Positions 19,717 to 29,112 of a stretch of DNA of 64,000 bases are shown here, piece by piece. Within the stretch, counting starts at the first letter, position 1. Every line of letters starts with the position of its first letter. The notes below the pieces were generated by a model. It searched no databases. It had not been told where the DNA came from and was given only the letters and a program-made list of their open reading frames with translations. The DNA comes from an uncultured Sandaracinaceae bacterium (lineage in GTDB: Bacteria > Myxococcota_A > Polyangia > Polyangiales > Houyiibacteriaceae), in assembly GCA_964495565.1 (NCBI GenBank), contig CAZBWQ010000002.1:28436-92435 (forward strand). The letters run 5' to 3'. The translations under genes and the position numbers were made by a program.

Positions 19717-21617
19717 GGCTCGTCGCGAGTGAGATCGAACTGCGCACGCGCCACCGCGTCGGAGGTCACAGCCACCTTCCGGCTCACCCGGCGCCCGTCC
19801 GGAAGCTCGAAGTCGAACGTCACCCGGCCCAGGGGGGCGTACACGGTCTTCATCGGGGTACGCCCGATCAGGTCACCGGCGATGTAGACGTCGCTCGGGG
19901 GCGTGGTTTCCACGCTCACGCGGCCGAACGAGCCCGGGGACGCGCCACCTTGCTTCCCGACCAAGCCGGCCGTCACTCCGGCCGTTTCGCCGTGCGACAC
20001 CTTCACGGTGGTCGACCACGAAGCGAAGCCCGGCGCTTCGACGCGGACTCGGTAGTCACCCGGCATCAGCCCGGTGAGCGCAACCGGTGCGACGCCTTGC
20101 TCCTTCCCATCCAAGAAGACTTTGGCTCCGGGTGGAGAGGAGGCCACCAAGATGCGTGCGCCGTGTTGTTGAAGCAGGGGGTTTTCGTCGATCGCGACCT
20201 CGGGCGGTGGCTCTTCTTCGAACAAGCTCTCGAAACGGCCTACCGCGTCCTTGACCACGTCCGTCTGGTCGTACGCGACCACCAGGCCCCCGCCGAGAAG
20301 GAGGGCGAGCACCGCCAGGTGCTTCCAACCGAAGCCCGAACGCCGGCTGGCCGCGGCAGTTGCCTTCTGCTTCTTTTTCGTTCGCTTGCGTGCCGGCTGA
20401 GGAGCTTCTCGCGCGGTGGCACCCGGCGGAAGGCCATCCATGTTGGAGTTGCTCGCGCTCGGCGGCGGCGGAAGTGGCGCGACGACCGGCGCGTCGATGA
20501 GGTGCCCGAGATCGACCTGGTCCTGCGGACCGTCTACCTCGAGCTCCCGAATGGCGCCCGGAACGTGCGATACGTACGACTTCGCCGACGACGAGGAGCC
20601 GTTGTTGTTGCTGACCATGTCGATCGTAATCGATGCGCCGAAAGGAACCGTGTCGACCCGCGGCCCGCGGGAGAAGTCCTCGGGGAAGACCTTCTTGACG
20701 AAATCCGCCACCTCGCGCTGCTTCGCGAATGCCTCGTGGGCGCGTCCGAACCGCTCGAGCTCGTTGGCGAGCTCCTCCGCGGTGGCAAATCGGTCTTTCG
20801 CGTCTTTCGCGAGCGCCTTTTGGAGAATCTGGTCGAGCTCCTCGGGAGCGTCGGGAAGTCGATCGCGGAGCGATGGCACCGGGTCCATGATGACCGCACG
20901 CATGGTGGCGGCTTCGGTCTGGCGCCGATAGAGCGACTTCCCGGTGAGAGTCTCGAAAATGCAGACGCCGAGCGCGAAGATGTCGAGGCGATGATCCGCT
21001 TTGCCCGCAGTGCACTGTTCGGGCGCCATGTATGCGAACTTGCCCTTCACGACCCCAGCCTGGGTCTTGTGGGCTCGGTGGTCCGCCTTGGCGATGCCGA
21101 AATCGAGCAACTTCACGGCGCCGTTGTAGCCGATCATGATGTTGTGCGGCGAAACGTCGCGATGGATGATGTTCAGCGGCTCCCCGTGCTCGTCGTTCGC
21201 GATGTGCGCGTAGTGAAGCGCTCGAGCCACGTCGACTCCCATGCGAATGGCGACCGGTACCCCGACACCGCCCGTGTTGCGCGCCTTGCGGATGATGCGG
21301 CCGAGCGGCATCCCGTGAACCCATTCCATGACGATGAAGTGGGAGCCTTCGTCGGCGCCGAACTGATGAAACTGACAGATGTTCGGGTGCTTGAGCTGCA
21401 TCCCGATCCGCGCCTCGTCGAGAAACATCTGAACGAAGTCTTTGTCTTGCTCGAAGTGAGGCAGGATTCGTTTGACCACCAGCAAGCGATGGTGCCCATC
21501 GGTGTTCGCATGCCGAGCCAACAGAATCTCGGCCATTCCGCCGAGAGCGAGGCGTCCCAGAATGTCATAGCCGGCGAACTTCCCGAGAACGGGCAGGTCC
21601 ACCGTCGGCTTCGGCAT
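19713..21617 (-). CDS. Membrane Ser/Thr protein kinase with C-terminal PEGA domains
   Basis: GGMAEI, VVKRIL, HRDVSPHNIM, DFGIAKA, YMAPEQ; TM segment LAVLALLLGGGLVV; PEGA SSPPGAKVFLDG. Start could lie further upstream (to 21686). Confidence 0.9.
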   Translation of the reverse strand: MPKPTVDLPVLGKFAGYDILGRLALGGMAEILLARHANTDGHHRLLVVKRILPHFEQDKDFVQMFLDEARIGMQLKHPNICQFHQFGADEGSHFIVMEWVHGMPLGRIIRKARNTGGVGVPVAIRMGVDVARALHYAHIANDEHGEPLNIIHRDVSPHNIMIGYNGAVKLLDFGIAKADHRAHKTQAGVVKGKFAYMAPEQCTAGKADHRLDIFALGVCIFETLTGKSLYRRQTEAATMRAVIMDPVPSLRDRLPDAPEELDQILQKALAKDAKDRFATAEELANELERFGRAHEAFAKQREVADFVKKVFPEDFSRGPRVDTVPFGASITIDMVSNNNGSSSSAKSYVSHVPGAIRELEVDGPQDQVDLGHLIDAPVVAPLPPPPSASNSNMDGLPPGATAREAPQPARKRTKKKQKATAAASRRSGFGWKHLAVLALLLGGGLVVAYDQTDVVKDAVGRFESLFEEEPPPEVAIDENPLLQQHGARILVASSPPGAKVFLDGKEQGVAPVALTGLMPGDYRVRVEAPGFASWSTTVKVSHGETAGVTAGLVGKQGGASPGSFGRVSVETTPPSDVYIAGDLIGRTPMKTVYAPLGRVTFDFELPDGRRVSRKVAVTSDAVARAQFDLTRDEP

Positions 21618-21812
21618 TTGGCTGACTGATGCTTCTTGCGTCACTACTCCCCCGAAGGTCCTCCCGGACCGCCTCCGCGGCGCCATCGGGGCACTGCGTT
21701 GGCGGCTTCCCCCTCCTAGGAACCCTTCCAGTCAGCATAGCGGGTTGGACGACCGGCCGCCTACTTCGTGAACGAGGTCGTGGCGACGCGGTCGAGCCAG
21801 ATGTGGGGTTTC

Positions 21813-22991
21813 TCACAAAATGCGTTCCATGTGGCGCAGCTCGCGGCACATGTTCTTCTGGTGCGCCTCGAGGGTGCCGCCACCGATTTCGAGAAGCTTG
21901 GCATCGCGCCAGAGCCGCTCGACTCCGTACTCCGATACGTATCCGTAGCCGCCGAGCACCTGAATCGCTCGATCGGCGACCTCCTTGCCCATGGTCGACG
22001 TGAAGAGCTTCACGCCATCCGAATCGAGTCGGTGCCCAGGCGCATCGAGGCGCATGGTCGCAGCCGTGTGATACGTATAGGCGCGCCCGGCCATGTATTC
22101 CGCGTAGGACTGGGCGATGTAGCGCTGGATTTGGCCGAAGTCTCGAAGTGGCTTCCCGAAGGAGGTCCGCTCGCTGGCGTAGCGGTTCATGACCTCGATC
22201 GACCGGCGCGCGATGCCTAGGCTCATCGCGGCGAGCGCCACGCGCTCGATCTCGAGATTGCGCATCATGTGCAGCGTCGCTTCGCCCTCGGTCCCCACGA
22301 GGTTTTCGGCGGGCACCTCGCAGTCCTCGAACACCAGCTCCGCGGTCGTCGACGCACGCATTCCGAGCTTGCCTTTGATCTTTTGTCCGAGCTGGAACCC
22401 CGAGAATCCCTTTTCGACGATGAACATCGAGAGCTGATGGCGGGGCTGACCTTCGATGCGTGCGTAGACCAAAAACGTGTCCCCGAGCTCCTCGTCGCTC
22501 ACCGCGCCGTTCGTGATCCACATCTTGGCGCCGTTGAGCACGTATCGATCGCCCTTTTTTCTGGCCTGGGTTTGCATTCCCAGGACGTCCGTGCCCGCGC
22601 CCGGCTCGCTCATGCACATGCCGCAGACCTTTTTGCCGGAGCATGCCTCGGGTAGATACCGGTGCCGTTGCTCGTCGCTGCCATTCACCTGGAGGTTGTT
22701 GGCGAAGAGCATCGAGTGCGCGAGATAGGCCAGGGTGAACCCGGGGTCGGCCGCCGAGAGCTCTTCGTGCGCGATCACGGCAGCCACGGCATCGAGGCCG
22801 GCACCTCCGAATTGCTCGTCGACGGTGATGCCCAGAAGCCCCAGGTCACCGAGCCGGTCGAAGAGCGCGCGATTGAAACGCTCCTGGTGGTCACAGGACT
22901 CGGCCTGTGGATCTACCTCGCGCTCGGCGAAGGAACGAACGAGCTCGCGCAATGCGCGATGCTCGGCTGAAGGGTTGAACAGATCAGTCAC
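21813..22991 (-). CDS. Acyl-CoA dehydrogenase, isovaleryl-CoA dehydrogenase-like
   Basis: MCMSEPGAGTDV, KMWITNG, KLGMRASTTAELVFED, AIQVLGGYGY, EIGGGT. Confidence 0.9.
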   Translation of the reverse strand: MTDLFNPSAEHRALRELVRSFAEREVDPQAESCDHQERFNRALFDRLGDLGLLGITVDEQFGGAGLDAVAAVIAHEELSAADPGFTLAYLAHSMLFANNLQVNGSDEQRHRYLPEACSGKKVCGMCMSEPGAGTDVLGMQTQARKKGDRYVLNGAKMWITNGAVSDEELGDTFLVYARIEGQPRHQLSMFIVEKGFSGFQLGQKIKGKLGMRASTTAELVFEDCEVPAENLVGTEGEATLHMMRNLEIERVALAAMSLGIARRSIEVMNRYASERTSFGKPLRDFGQIQRYIAQSYAEYMAGRAYTYHTAATMRLDAPGHRLDSDGVKLFTSTMGKEVADRAIQVLGGYGYVSEYGVERLWRDAKLLEIGGGTLEAHQKNMCRELRHMERIL

Positions 22992-23037
22992 GGTGGCGGG
23001 CTTATCACGCCCGCGCTTCGATCGGAAGCCGAGCGGC

Positions 23038-23643
23038 TCAGGCCGCGTCGGCGACCGACGACGTCGTCAAGATGCTGGTCACGATGGCTCGAGAGGCCAC
23101 GGCGGTGGCTCGCTCGAGGTTCTCGACCCGCCCATCCAAATGGGCTTCGGCCAAGCCGAAGATGATGCTGACGAGGAGATCGGCGTGGAGCGAAGCGTCG
23201 GCCGCGGCGATGTCTGGACGGACGCTCGATACGATTTCCCGCATCCGGTCGCGGAGGCCGGCGGTGAGGATGCTCCAACGCTTCCCGAGCGCCGACGTCT
23301 GGTTCCGGCGATTGCTCAAAAAAACCTCGGCGACTTTGCGATCGTGCACCAAGGATTGCGTACACTTGAGGACCGCCTCTTCGAGAACCTCCGCCGCGCG
23401 ATCGACCTCGGCCGAGGCGTCCACGTCGAGAGCGGGGCTCAGCTCGGCCGCGACCCACTCGGCCACCTGCTCGAGCGCCTGGTCCATGCTTCGAAAATGC
23501 ACGTAGAAGGTCGGCTGCGCGACCCCGGCAAGCTGCGCCACTCGTCCCGTGGTCAAAGCCCCGTAACCGTAACGATGGATCGTCTTGAGGATCGCCTGGA
23601 GAAGGCGACGCCGCGTCCGTTCCTTGTTCATCTGCCGAGACAT
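23038..23643 (-). CDS. TetR/AcrR-family transcriptional regulator
   Basis: Start MSRQMNKERTRRRLL at 23643; HTH LTTGRVAQLAGVAQPTFYVHFRSMDQ. Confidence 0.9.
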   Translation of the reverse strand: MSRQMNKERTRRRLLQAILKTIHRYGYGALTTGRVAQLAGVAQPTFYVHFRSMDQALEQVAEWVAAELSPALDVDASAEVDRAAEVLEEAVLKCTQSLVHDRKVAEVFLSNRRNQTSALGKRWSILTAGLRDRMREIVSSVRPDIAAADASLHADLLVSIIFGLAEAHLDGRVENLERATAVASRAIVTSILTTSSVADAA

Positions 23644-23759
23644 GCCGTTCGTGTAGCAGTCAGGTCCGGCCGGTTCCATCGAAAGTTCGACGCGAATCGT
23701 GCTATTTACGAAATTGAAAGAAAGACCTCTCGAGCCACGCGCAGAAATTGCGCCGACCC

Positions 23760-24821
23760 ATGAACACGCATCCATCGGAGCCTTTGGTGAAGTCCAGTGC
23801 GACCGCCGATTTCGCACCTGGCTGGTACGTACTGGCGGCGAGCAAGGACGTCGGAACCAAGCCGCGGCAGGTCGTGCTCAACGGGTTGCCGTTGGTCTTG
23901 TTCCGCGACACCCGAGGACGAAGCATCGCGCTCCTCGATCGATGCCCGCATCGCAATGCGCCGTTGTCAGCTGGCCGGATCGTCGGCGATCACATTCAGT
24001 GCCACTACCACGGCTGGGAGTTCGACGGGGCCGGCGCATGCAGGGCCGTCCCGGGGCTCTGCGCAGAGCCCGATCACCCGGCGAGACACGTGCCCTCGTT
24101 TGCATGCCGCGACTCGCAGGGTTGGCTCTGGGCATACTCCGAGCCCGACGTCGAGCCCGATCACGGGCCGTACCAGATCCCCTGCGCGGACGAGCCGGGC
24201 TACCTCACGATCCGTGAGCATCTCGAGATGCCGGGCCCTCTCGATGCCGTCGCGGAAAACGCGCTCGACGTGCCTCATACGGCGTTCGTGCATTCCGGGC
24301 TCTTTCGCAAAAACAGCGACCGGATGCCGATCGAAGTCGTGATTCGCGCGCTGGACCGCGGCGTCGAAGCACAGTTCCTCGGCGAAAAGAGACCCGAAGG
24401 CTTGGTCGGTCGTTTGCTCGCGCCTCGAGGAGGCGAAGTCTTTCATTGGGACCGCTTCCTGCTGCCGTGCATCGCGCAGGTCGAGTATCGCTTGGGCGAT
24501 CGGAGCCACCTGGTGACGACGGCAGCGCTCACGCCACGCCACGCCACCATGACGGACCTGTACGCGACGGTCGCCGTCAAGGTTCCCATTCCCAAATCGA
24601 TCGTGCGGGCGGTGTTCAAGCCGGTCGCCATGCGGATCTTGGGGCAGGACGTCGAGATCTTGAGACGCCAAACCGAGCAAGTGGAGCGCTTCGGCAAAGA
24701 AGACTTTGCATCGACCGAGATCGACGTCCTCGGTCTCCGCATCAAGAAGCTCTTGCGCGAGGCGGCAGCGGGTCGCCACGGTCAGGCCCAAGAGGAGCGC
24801 CGAATCAAAATGCTCGTTTGA
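23760..24821 (+). CDS. Rieske non-haem iron oxygenase alpha subunit (VanA-like)
   Basis: Rieske CPHR...CHYHGW; mononuclear Fe motif ENALDVPHTAFVH and distal QD. No reductase gene nearby. Confidence 0.9.
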   Translation: MNTHPSEPLVKSSATADFAPGWYVLAASKDVGTKPRQVVLNGLPLVLFRDTRGRSIALLDRCPHRNAPLSAGRIVGDHIQCHYHGWEFDGAGACRAVPGLCAEPDHPARHVPSFACRDSQGWLWAYSEPDVEPDHGPYQIPCADEPGYLTIREHLEMPGPLDAVAENALDVPHTAFVHSGLFRKNSDRMPIEVVIRALDRGVEAQFLGEKRPEGLVGRLLAPRGGEVFHWDRFLLPCIAQVEYRLGDRSHLVTTAALTPRHATMTDLYATVAVKVPIPKSIVRAVFKPVAMRILGQDVEILRRQTEQVERFGKEDFASTEIDVLGLRIKKLLREAAAGRHGQAQEERRIKMLV

Positions 24822-24847
24822 GCGGGATTCGTGTACCCTTCGAAGGC

Positions 24848-26039
24848 ATGGCCACGGGAGACGATCGGCACTCGACGTACCTGATCAAGAACGCCCCGTC
24901 GGACCGGGTCGACACCCCTCCGCCGCCCGACGCTGCTCCGTCGACGCCGCCCGACGATCGATGGCGGACCTCGAACCCACCGCCTGGCGACAGCTTGGAA
25001 GCGAAGTGGTGGCCCGATCAGGAGCTGGGGACCGCGTTTCGTCGTTGGACGGGCATTCCGCCGGCGCGAGGCGATGCAGGGCGCGCCGTGGCGATGAAGT
25101 TTCTCGTCGAGCACCTCAACGTGGGTGAGCTGACCGCCGTGGGCACGGCACCACGCGCGTCGATCGACCTCGAACCGCCCGACCGCCAAACACGCATCCG
25201 TGCGATGGTCGAGCGACTGGGTCAACACGGGCCCAACGAAGAGGCTCCCGACCACGGCGCGTTGTTGGCGCTCGGCGACGAGGCTCTGCCGGTGTTGCGG
25301 GATTCGTTCCCGGGCCGGCTGCGGTCGACGGGAACGCGGGGGTGGGCCTCCGAGCGGGCGCAGCGTGTCCGGCCTGTGTCGAACCCTCGTGGCGTTTGGA
25401 AGGGCTGCGGTTCCCCACGTCGCCGAGCTGCTGAAGTCGGACGATCCCGAAGTCCGGTACTACGCGATTCTGGTGGCGGCCGACCTGCACCACGATCTTC
25501 TCGTCGAGCCGCTGGCCGCGGTCTTGTTCGACGAGGACCAGGGAGTGTCTCGTGCCGCGCTCCATGCACTGGAGGCGTTTCGAGGACGAGAAGGTCTCGA
25601 ACGATTGAAGACCTCCCTTCGAGCGCTCGCGGTGGCCTCCGATGCCGACCAACGTTCCCGCCTGCTGGCCATGCGCGCGCTCGCGGTGCTCCGTGATCGC
25701 GGATGCATCGAGACGCTGATTTCGGCCCTACCCGAACGGGGCGTCGTGGGAGAGGCGGCGTGGCGCGTGCTTCGGATGCTGACGGCGCAAGACCTCGGGC
25801 AGGAGCCGGCGCCGTGGACAGCCTGGTTCGCGAAACATGGCTCGCGTCCGCGGGTGGAGTGGCTCATCGAAGGATTGGTGCACGAGGATCCCGAAATCCG
25901 GCGCATCGCAGGGCGCGACCTTCGACAAACGTCCGGACGGGATTTCGGTTACCGGACGGACATGCCGCTCGAACGATGTCGGGAGATACGCGAGCGGTAT
26001 CGGCTCTGGTGGTCCCGTGGTCCCGACGACGGGCCGTGA
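24848..26039 (+). pseudogene. HEAT-repeat protein with a frameshift at ~25322-25335 (pseudogene or assembly indel)
   Basis: Frame from ATG 24848 reads ...LGDEALPVLRDSFPGRL; the +1 frame continues ...GGPPSGRSVSGLCRTLVAFGRAAVP and HEAT repeats (DDPEVRYYAILV, EDPEIRRIAGRDL) to the stop at 26039. Confidence 0.7.
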
Positions 26040-26042
26040 CGC

Positions 26043-26462
26043 TCAGCTCAGCAGTCGGCCCGCGATCGAAGCGGCGACCTTGCCTTCGATCTGGCCCGGA
26101 TACCGCGCCTTGACCTCTTTCATCACGTTGCCGAGGTCCTTTTTGCTCGAAGCACCGAGCTCCTCGACGATCGCGGCGATCGCTTCTTGGGCTTCTTCTT
26201 CGCTCAGTTGCTTGGGCAGGTAACGCTCGATGACCTCGATTTCGGCGCGCTCCTTGTCGGCGAGATCCTGCCGGTCCGCATCGAGGTAGCTCTGGATGCT
26301 GTCCCTTCGTGATTTGACCGCGCGCGAGAGAACGGCGAGCTCGTCCGGATCATCCAGCGTGATCAGCTCGGATTTGAGCATGCGGAGCGTGTCGCGGGTG
26401 ACTTCGTCGCGCTCCAGCATGGCCTTCTTCAGATCGGCCTCGATCTTTTCCAGCAGTGCCAT
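26043..26462 (-). CDS. GatB/YqeY domain protein
   Basis: LRMLKSEL, KSRRDSIQSY, EIEVIERYLPKQLSEEE, KKDLGNVMK. Confidence 0.92.
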   Translation of the reverse strand: MALLEKIEADLKKAMLERDEVTRDTLRMLKSELITLDDPDELAVLSRAVKSRRDSIQSYLDADRQDLADKERAEIEVIERYLPKQLSEEEAQEAIAAIVEELGASSKKDLGNVMKEVKARYPGQIEGKVAASIAGRLLS

Positions 26463-26485
26463 GGCTCAAGCCTGTGCGGCTCGGG

Positions 26486-27523
26486 CTACCCGCGCAACGA
26501 CTCGATCACGCGAAGCGCATTGCCGCCGAGAATCTTCCGGATCCGCGCTTCGGGCCATTCGCGGTCCAGCATCTCCTGCACCAGCCTCGGAAGCGCCCAA
26601 AGGCCCGGCAGGTCCTCGGGCGGACGAATCGCACCGTCGTAATCGGTGCCGAGCGACGCGTGATCCTCCCCTACCGTCTCGACGATGTGAGCGAGGTGGT
26701 CGACGACCGTGCCCACGTTCACGTTTCGCCGGCCCAAGAAAGGCGCGTGCAGCATCACACCGACCGTCCCGCCGGTGTCGGCGATGGCGCGCAACTGGTC
26801 GTCCGTCACGTTGCGCCAGTGATCGTAGACACCGACGACTCCGGTATGCGTGACGAGCAGGGGTTGGGCTGGGTCGTGCACCTCGACTGCATCGAAAAAC
26901 GCGCGACGGCCGATGTGCGCGAGGTCGACGCCGACTCGGAGCTCGTTGAGGCGCTCCACGTAGGAACGGCCGAAGTCGGTGAGACCGACGTTGCGGGACG
27001 ACCCAGGCGCACTCGAGGCGCCGAGCCGGGAAGAGGTCAGATGGAGAAGGGTCACGCGAAGGACGGAGTGGTCGCGAAGGACGTCGAGGGCGTCGAGGCT
27101 CTCGTCGAGCGCGTTGCCGCCTTGAATGCCGATGAACGCCGCATGCTCCCCTGCTTTGCGAGCGGCCCGCATTTCCGCCGCCGACCGGACGTGTCGAATG
27201 CCGGGTGCGGAGTCGAGGAGGCCGCGCAATCTCTCGAGGTTGCGTTCGAACGCGCGTCTGCGGCCTCGCGCCGTGCGCGCGGGATTCGTCGTGATGACCC
27301 AGGTGGCGCCGGCGAGACCGGACTCCCGCGCCGTCGGAAAGTCGGCGTGGCCGAAAAAGCTCCGACCGAACAGCCCCCCTCGATGCGTGCGGCCGAGGTC
27401 GTAACCGAAGACCCGGTGCCAGATGAACGAGTCGATGTGCAAATCGATCGCGTCGGCGTCGTGAAGGAGCGCCACCGCTTCGGGGCTCACGTCGAGCTCT
27501 CGGGCCGTCTCGGTGGCATCCAT
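26486..27523 (-). CDS. Membrane dipeptidase (peptidase M19, amidohydrolase fold)
   Basis: DLHID, VDLAH, VTHTG, GTDYDG, KILGGNALRV. Confidence 0.85.
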   Translation of the reverse strand: MDATETARELDVSPEAVALLHDADAIDLHIDSFIWHRVFGYDLGRTHRGGLFGRSFFGHADFPTARESGLAGATWVITTNPARTARGRRRAFERNLERLRGLLDSAPGIRHVRSAAEMRAARKAGEHAAFIGIQGGNALDESLDALDVLRDHSVLRVTLLHLTSSRLGASSAPGSSRNVGLTDFGRSYVERLNELRVGVDLAHIGRRAFFDAVEVHDPAQPLLVTHTGVVGVYDHWRNVTDDQLRAIADTGGTVGVMLHAPFLGRRNVNVGTVVDHLAHIVETVGEDHASLGTDYDGAIRPPEDLPGLWALPRLVQEMLDREWPEARIRKILGGNALRVIESLRG

Positions 27524-27656
27524 CGCGGGGGTCCCTACCACGTCTCAGCCGAAACGGTCGGGGGCTCGGATCGCCGAGATCCCGGCTCTGCGGCCGAAAA
27601 GTGCTTTCGGCGGGGTTGTAAATCTGTTGTAAAGGCTGCTTTTTTCATGGCGCGGG

Positions 27657-27700
27657 TTGACTACCGTCCTTGCTGCAAACACATTGACCGCTTGCGGTCA
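27657..27700 (+). promoter_or_regulatory. Candidate sigma70 promoter with palindromic operator over the start site
   Basis: TTGACT(27657)-N17-CACATT(27680-85); inverted repeat TGACCG-N4-CGGTCA at 27685-27700; TTGTAAA at 27616, 27627 and 27707. Confidence 0.55.
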
Positions 27701-27751
27701 GTTAACTTGTAAACGACCGCTGCCCAAAGCGGCGAAGAGAAAGGACGAAGG

Positions 27752-29092
27752 ATGTTGTCGACCACAGGAGCGGCAAGCTCTAAGTCTTCGGATTTGTTGA
27801 GCTCCCGCAAGATCAATCACGTGGTGGTCCTCGGCGCCAATGGCGCGATGGGCCTCGGCAGCGGGGCGCTGTTCACGACGGCGGTGCCGCGGGTGACGTT
27901 CCTCGCACGTACCAAAGAAAAGGCGGAAGGCGGGCTTGCCGCGGCCATCAAGATGGTGCGCTCCTCGACCGTGGCAAACCGGGTGGACACCGGAAGCTAC
28001 GACGAAGACTTCGACCGCGTGGTGGGCGAAGCGGACCTGATCTTCGAGGCGGTCACCGAGCAACTCGATCTGAAGAACCAGTTTTTCGACCGAATCGACG
28101 CGGTCCGGCGGCCCGACTCGATCGTCGCGACGGTCACCTCGGGGCTTTCGATCAACCAGCTCGCCGAGGGGCGCAGCGATTCGTTCCGCAAGCACTTCAT
28201 GGGCTTGCACTTCTTCAACCCTCCGAACGTGATCGTCGGCACCGAGCTGATCGCGGGCAAGGACACCGATCCGAAGCTCGTGGATTTCGTCGAGGCGTTC
28301 TGCACCGAGCGCTTGGGGCGAGCGATGGTTCGCACAGCCGACACGCCAGGCTTCGCGGGCAATCGCATCGGGTTCAAGGTCCTCAACGAGTGCGCGATTC
28401 TCGCCGAGGAGCACGGGCCCCTGCTGATCGACGAGCTCGTGGGCCCGTACACGGGCCGAGCCATGACCCCGCTTGCAACGATCGATCTCGTGGGCTGGGA
28501 CATTCATCGCGCGATCGTCGACAACATCTACGAGCTAGCCGCGGACGAGGCGCACGAAACGCTCAAGCTTCCCGAGTACATGGCCGACATGATGGCCAAG
28601 GGCGTCCTCGGCCGGAAGACGGGCGCGGGCTTCTTCGGAAAGGACGACGCAGGCAACCGCATCGTGCTCGAGCCGAAGTCCCGCAAGTACGTCTCGAAGT
28701 CGTCGATTTCGAGGCCCGACCTCGGCTTCATCGACGCGATCTCGAATCTGCACCGCGTGGGACGCTACCAGGAGGGAATGCAGGCGTTTGCGGATGCCAA
28801 GGGTCCGTACGCGGAAATCGCGCAAAAAGTCATCGGCGGCTACATCAGCTACTCGTTCCACCGGGTTGGCGAGGTCACGGACGACATCTCCGGGATCGAC
28901 CGCATCATGGGCTACGGATTCAACTGGGCGCCGCCGAGCGTGCTGGTCGACACGATCGGGTTGAAACGCACGGTCGCGATGATCGACAGAGCGGGCCTGC
29001 CGGTTCCGCCTGCACTTGCGAATGCCCAAGAGGGCACGACGTTCTTCGATGACCCACAGGTGGACGTGGGTAAGTTCTTCGTCGCTTCATAG
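27752..29092 (+). CDS. 3-hydroxyacyl-CoA dehydrogenase family protein (no hydratase domain)
   Basis: VLGANGAMG, EAVTEQ, TVTSGLSI, GLHFFNPP, PGFAGNRIG, DLVGWD; duplicated C-terminal helical domain. Confidence 0.88.
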   Translation: MLSTTGAASSKSSDLLSSRKINHVVVLGANGAMGLGSGALFTTAVPRVTFLARTKEKAEGGLAAAIKMVRSSTVANRVDTGSYDEDFDRVVGEADLIFEAVTEQLDLKNQFFDRIDAVRRPDSIVATVTSGLSINQLAEGRSDSFRKHFMGLHFFNPPNVIVGTELIAGKDTDPKLVDFVEAFCTERLGRAMVRTADTPGFAGNRIGFKVLNECAILAEEHGPLLIDELVGPYTGRAMTPLATIDLVGWDIHRAIVDNIYELAADEAHETLKLPEYMADMMAKGVLGRKTGAGFFGKDDAGNRIVLEPKSRKYVSKSSISRPDLGFIDAISNLHRVGRYQEGMQAFADAKGPYAEIAQKVIGGYISYSFHRVGEVTDDISGIDRIMGYGFNWAPPSVLVDTIGLKRTVAMIDRAGLPVPPALANAQEGTTFFDDPQVDVGKFFVAS

Positions 29093-29112
29093 CGAAAGGT
29101 TTGGTGAGGAAA

